NCBI GenBank assembly: GCA_014729915.1
Contig: WJJD01000016.1
Span: forward strand, 1 to 41,648
Length of the DNA stretch: 41,648 bases
Reading direction: 5' to 3'
Origin: Candidatus Woesearchaeota archaeon
Lineage (GTDB): Archaea; Nanobdellota; Nanobdellia; Woesearchaeales; GW2011-AR15
Positions 38,251 through 41,648 of this stretch are shown one piece after another (position 1 is the stretch's first letter; every line of letters begins with the position of its first letter). Below the pieces are notes generated by a model. The model was not told the DNA's origin and did not search any database. It saw only the letters and a program-made list of their open reading frames with translations. Position numbers and translations under genes: made by a program.

Positions 38251-38355
38251 TTATCTTTTGATCTTTCTTTTTCTTTTCTGTTTTTTCATTCGTTTTCTTT
38301 GCCATTTCCATCTCATCTGGCCTTTTTTTTTCCATCTTCTTGAACTTCTTTTCAT
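38251..38355 (-). CDS. rpl41e: Ribosomal protein L41e (34 aa)
   Basis: MKRSSRRWKKKGQMRWKWQRKRMKKQKRKRKIKR; AGGTGA RBS; absent from the ORF track. Confidence 0.85.
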   Translation of the reverse strand: MKRSSRRWKKKGQMRWKWQRKRMKKQKRKRKIKR

Positions 38356-38385
38356 TTTATTAAATTTCACCTTTATTATCATGAA

Positions 38386-38516
38386 TGGCTCGTCCGGGAC
38401 TTTCATCAATCTTTTGAATTGTTTTGAACCCGGGTCACAGCCTTTCTTCTTTAGGTTCGAAAGGGCTGAATGATTGATTGTCCAAACATATGTTTTCCGG
38501 ACTACACCAACGAGCC
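38386..38516 (-). tRNA. tRNA-Glu(TTC) with three introns
   Basis: Removing 38478-38496, 38444-38457 and 38400-38422 yields a 75-nt cloverleaf GGCTCGTTGGTGTAGTCCGGTCAATCATTCAGCCCTTTCGAGGCTGTGACCCGGGTTCAAATCCCGGACGAGCCA. Confidence 0.92.
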
Positions 38517-38621
38517 GTTAGCTTCTTTGAAATTTTTAGTTGTTTTTAAAAGTTACTATGAATTTCTAACAAATTTCATCTTGCTATACTTTTAAATATC
38601 ACTCAATTTTTTATTACATAC

Positions 38622-39251
38622 ATGGAAAATGACACTATTGGATTAACTTATGAACTTCTTTTTAAGATTGTAAGAAATGAAAGAAAAAATCCTGATCTCC
38701 AAAATATTGATAAAGACATCTATGAGAAAATTATAGATTATGTAAAAAACAAAGATGATATTTATCATAGTTCTAAGGATTCTGTCACTCAAAAAGAGCA
38801 AGAAAAGATCCAGACACAAATAAAAAATATAAAAAAGTTAATCAAACAATTATTCAATCTGCGAGAAAAAAAAATAATTATTCTTGCAATAAACACTGCA
38901 AGAACTAGCTCTGAAATCAAAATAAAAGATATTCTTCCAGAAGAAAAAAAATTGTATGATATTCTGGTTGAGGTTTTGTCAGAATTCAGAAAGAGTGTAT
39001 TAGATCATTTATTAAAAGGAACATATCCTGAGTATGTTGAAAAAAAGAAAACAAGAAGAAAAAAAGGAAAACAAAAATCTGAACAGGAAAATAAATCAAA
39101 TAAAATTAAAGTCAGATTTCTTGACAACATTCCAAAATTTGTCGGACCTGAATTAGAGATTTATGGACCGTTTGAACCAAATCAGATCTTCTTTCTGCCT
39201 ACTCAGATCGCAAAAATCCTTGTTGATAAAAAAAGGGCTGAAAAAATATGA
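38622..39251 (+). CDS. GINS complex subunit (Gins51-like)
   Basis: ER...LQ.I N-terminus, LREKKII, C-terminal VRFLDNIPKFVGPELEIYGPF B-domain. Confidence 0.82.
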   Translation: MENDTIGLTYELLFKIVRNERKNPDLQNIDKDIYEKIIDYVKNKDDIYHSSKDSVTQKEQEKIQTQIKNIKKLIKQLFNLREKKIIILAINTARTSSEIKIKDILPEEKKLYDILVEVLSEFRKSVLDHLLKGTYPEYVEKKKTRRKKGKQKSEQENKSNKIKVRFLDNIPKFVGPELEIYGPFEPNQIFFLPTQIAKILVDKKRAEKI

Positions 39252-39365
39252 GAAACCATTCATTAGCAAATTCAGACTCTTCTATGTAATGATGCACAAA
39301 ATACATCATGTTTACACCAAAAAAAAGAGTATCAAATATTTTTCCAAATTATATATTGTTCTATC

Positions 39366-39730
39366 TCATAATAAGAAGTACAATATAACCGGCAATATCA
39401 AGCATCCCATCGCATGATTCCTCCCAATATTCTTCAAAGGAGCGATCAGGCCGATCGCAGTTGATGTAAATAAAACCAAGATCCCTATTGGTCCATTTAA
39501 AAATAAACTCATTGCAAAGATAAAAATAATTATTGAAACAACCAGCATCTTATAATTCACTTTAACTATTAATTTACTAAATATCTTTGAAAAAACAAAG
39601 TTAAAAAAACTGAAATACTACCAGCAACCAAAAATACAAAAACCAAAATTAAAAAAGAATTAAAATCAATCTCCATTAGTTTACTGATAACAACAATAGT
39701 CCCGTCCTTTGCTTTTCCCAAAGTATTGCT
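39366..39730 (-). pseudogene. 3' fragment of archaeal TctA-family (DUF112) permease, copy 1, frameshifted in the homopolymer near 39590-39595
   Basis: LGKAKDGTIVV...AIGLIAP...RNHAMGCLILPVILYFL. Confidence 0.75.
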
Positions 39731-39790
39731 TTCATTTGACAAAAGAGCATTATTTAAATGAAGATCACAAATAAATCAAAAAAACCAAAC

Positions 39791-40639
39791 TTATTTTACC
39801 AAATTTATTAACATCATTGTTGCTTGTTCGTATTGTGGAGGAGGATTTCTCCTTATTTCATCTATTGAACAATAGATTATTCCTTCTTGAGTTGCATGTC
39901 TATCTGTAAAAAAAAGTTGTACATTTTCTCTAGGAATCTCTGCATTGCGACCTAAACGCTCCAAATCTTTCAGATTAAAATCTCTGAGATAAAATAATAA
40001 TCTATCTTCTTTATTCGGAACCCCATCTATTATAGGGACTCTTGCATATTCCCATGCCGAGCTTTCTCCATGAGCATAAAAAGATTCTATTATCATCTGC
40101 CCTCCTGGTAAAAGCGCATCATAATATCTTTTCAGTAAATTTGCTCTTTGTAAATCTGCTTCCTCAGAGCTAACTCCTGGATAAAGCACGTGCATAAATG
40201 ATCCCATCCATATTATCGCGTCATATTTCTGTGGTGCTTCTTTAGGGATTCTATCTTTCATGTCATGCACATACACGTTGAAACCGTATTGTTTAGCAAT
40301 ATCTAACATTTTCGCACTTAAATCAACTGCATGCACTTCAACATTTTCTAAGTCATCTCCTCCATATTCTCTTAGAATACTATATTCTACTGTTCCAGGA
40401 CCGCAACCCAAAAGTAATACACGAATAGGTTTACCTAAAAAAGATTCCTGCAACATTTTTAGTACCCTATCTGTAAGTTCATTTGACATATCAGCTTCAT
40501 TTCTATTCCCTTCATCATATGAATCTGATACAATTCCAAAATTTATTGCAAGCCTTTTATATTCTTCTTTTGAAATTTCTGATTCACGCAATGCTTTTGT
40601 ATAATCATCTCTTATTTTCCATTTTATTTCTGATGGCAT
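39791..40639 (-). CDS. Class I SAM-dependent methyltransferase
   Basis: LLGCGPG, AVDLSAKML, YDAII, LLPGG. Confidence 0.85.
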   Translation of the reverse strand: MPSEIKWKIRDDYTKALRESEISKEEYKRLAINFGIVSDSYDEGNRNEADMSNELTDRVLKMLQESFLGKPIRVLLLGCGPGTVEYSILREYGGDDLENVEVHAVDLSAKMLDIAKQYGFNVYVHDMKDRIPKEAPQKYDAIIWMGSFMHVLYPGVSSEEADLQRANLLKRYYDALLPGGQMIIESFYAHGESSAWEYARVPIIDGVPNKEDRLLFYLRDFNLKDLERLGRNAEIPRENVQLFFTDRHATQEGIIYCSIDEIRRNPPPQYEQATMMLINLVK

Positions 40640-40921
40640 ATTATTATTAAATGCAGAACCTATTTAAAAATTTAATTGATTGTTATTATTTGCTAAGGAC
40701 GATATGATGTCTTTACTAAAGTCTATCAACAAACTAATTTTATCCTGTTAATTATGAAAAATTGTATCCCAATCTAAAATTATTTTCGTTATTAAAGAAG
40801 AAAGTAAATGACAATTGGCTAAATAAGACATCCCATAACATGCGAGCCTTTAACCGCTCCCTTCGATCGCTAAAGGTTTGACCCAAACACGTGGCACTTT
40901 GCGCTTTCGCTTCAGTCCCAC

Positions 40922-41290
40922 TCATAATAAAAAGTATAATATGACTGGTAGTATCAAACACCCCATCGAGTGGTTTCTGCCTATACCTTTCAAAGGAGCA
41001 ATTAAACCGATAGAAGTAGAAGTTATCAAGACAATTAGTCCTATCCAGCCGTTCAAAAACAAGCTCATTAATAAAATAAAAACAATGATTGATATGACAA
41101 GAAGTTTATAATTTACTTTGACGATCAATCTTGAAAAAATCTTAGAAAAATACAATGTCAAAAATACAGCAACCGAACCTGCTATCAAAAAGACTACAAT
41201 AAGCAAATAAAATTTTAATTTATCTATCTCAAGCAATTTAGATATTACAACAATCGTCCCGTTCTTTGCCTTTCCCAAAGTATTGCTTTC
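40922..41290 (-). pseudogene. 3' fragment of archaeal TctA-family permease, copy 2
   Basis: LGKAKNGTIVV...RNHSMGCLILPVILYFLL; same 5' breakpoint as copy 1. Confidence 0.75.
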
Positions 41291-41462
41291 ATTTGACAAA
41301 ATATGTAATTTATACAAAATCTCTCTTTATTGGAAATAGAATTATTGATATAAACCTGGTTAATAGTTAAGTCAGAAAAAGTTTGAGATACATATGTTCA
41401 CCAAATTGGGCATCCAAAAAATTTTTATATTATTAAACTGTAGATAAGAATTGGTGATATTT

Positions 41463-41507
41463 ATGAAAAAACAATTTATAACAATTATGTTAATTTTTTT
41501 ATCAATG
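41463..41507 (+). pseudogene. Signal-peptide-like gene start interrupted by an IS
   Basis: GGTGA RBS, MKKQFITIMLIFLSM then IS end. Confidence 0.45.
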
Positions 41508-41648
41508 TGGACTGACCCCCTTTTTTCGACAGGGAGATAAGCTACAGTATTGCCGATTTTTTTAACAATTCAAATTCTTCAGGCGGCAGATAACCGATTC
41601 CTGAATGCAATTGTTTTTTATTATACACCTCTTCTATAAAATTTTTTA
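41508..41648 (-). mobile_element. Right end of an IS3-family element, continuing beyond the window
   Basis: Minus frame KNFIEEVYNKKQLHSGIGYLPPEEFE...stop at 41542; TGGACTGACCCC terminus resembles IS3-family ends. Confidence 0.82.

Noticed and set aside
38258..38473. 71-aa ORF on + strand
   Set aside because: Antisense shadow of L41e and tRNA-Glu
39366..41301. Diversity-generating retroelement TR/VR pair
   Set aside because: Differences are not restricted to adenines, largely preserve the protein, and no reverse transcriptase is visible

Overview
AT-rich archaeal chromosome segment, most consistent with a DPANN archaeon (Woesearchaeota-like; inferred from gene content and style, not from a search). 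Core genes: rpl21e-rpoF-DUF655, alba, rps17e, argS, proS, proC, the Pop5-proteasome alpha-SBDS-exosome-rpoK superoperon, NAD kinase, PEPCK, TFE, PMM/PGM, HIT, GINS and an uncalled L41e. Most notable: (1) a candidate origin/centromere module with an archaeal ORB-like box inside a helically phased GAGAC array next to a coiled-coil/HTH gene; (2) two truncated tctA-family 3' ends, each beginning at an identical 31-bp dyad site and enclosing a methyltransferase, which looks like a tandem site-specific cassette array; (3) tRNA-Glu(TTC) with three BHB introns and tRNA-Arg(TCG) with a D-loop intron; (4) a divergent OtsA-like (GT20) plus GlgC operon; (5) ProRS with an N-terminal YbaK-type domain; (6) a Zn-finger microprotein / B12 radical SAM / wHTH island with a duplicated promoter element; (7) several dispersed palindrome families, one showing a compensatory base change; plus IS630 and IS3 remnants.
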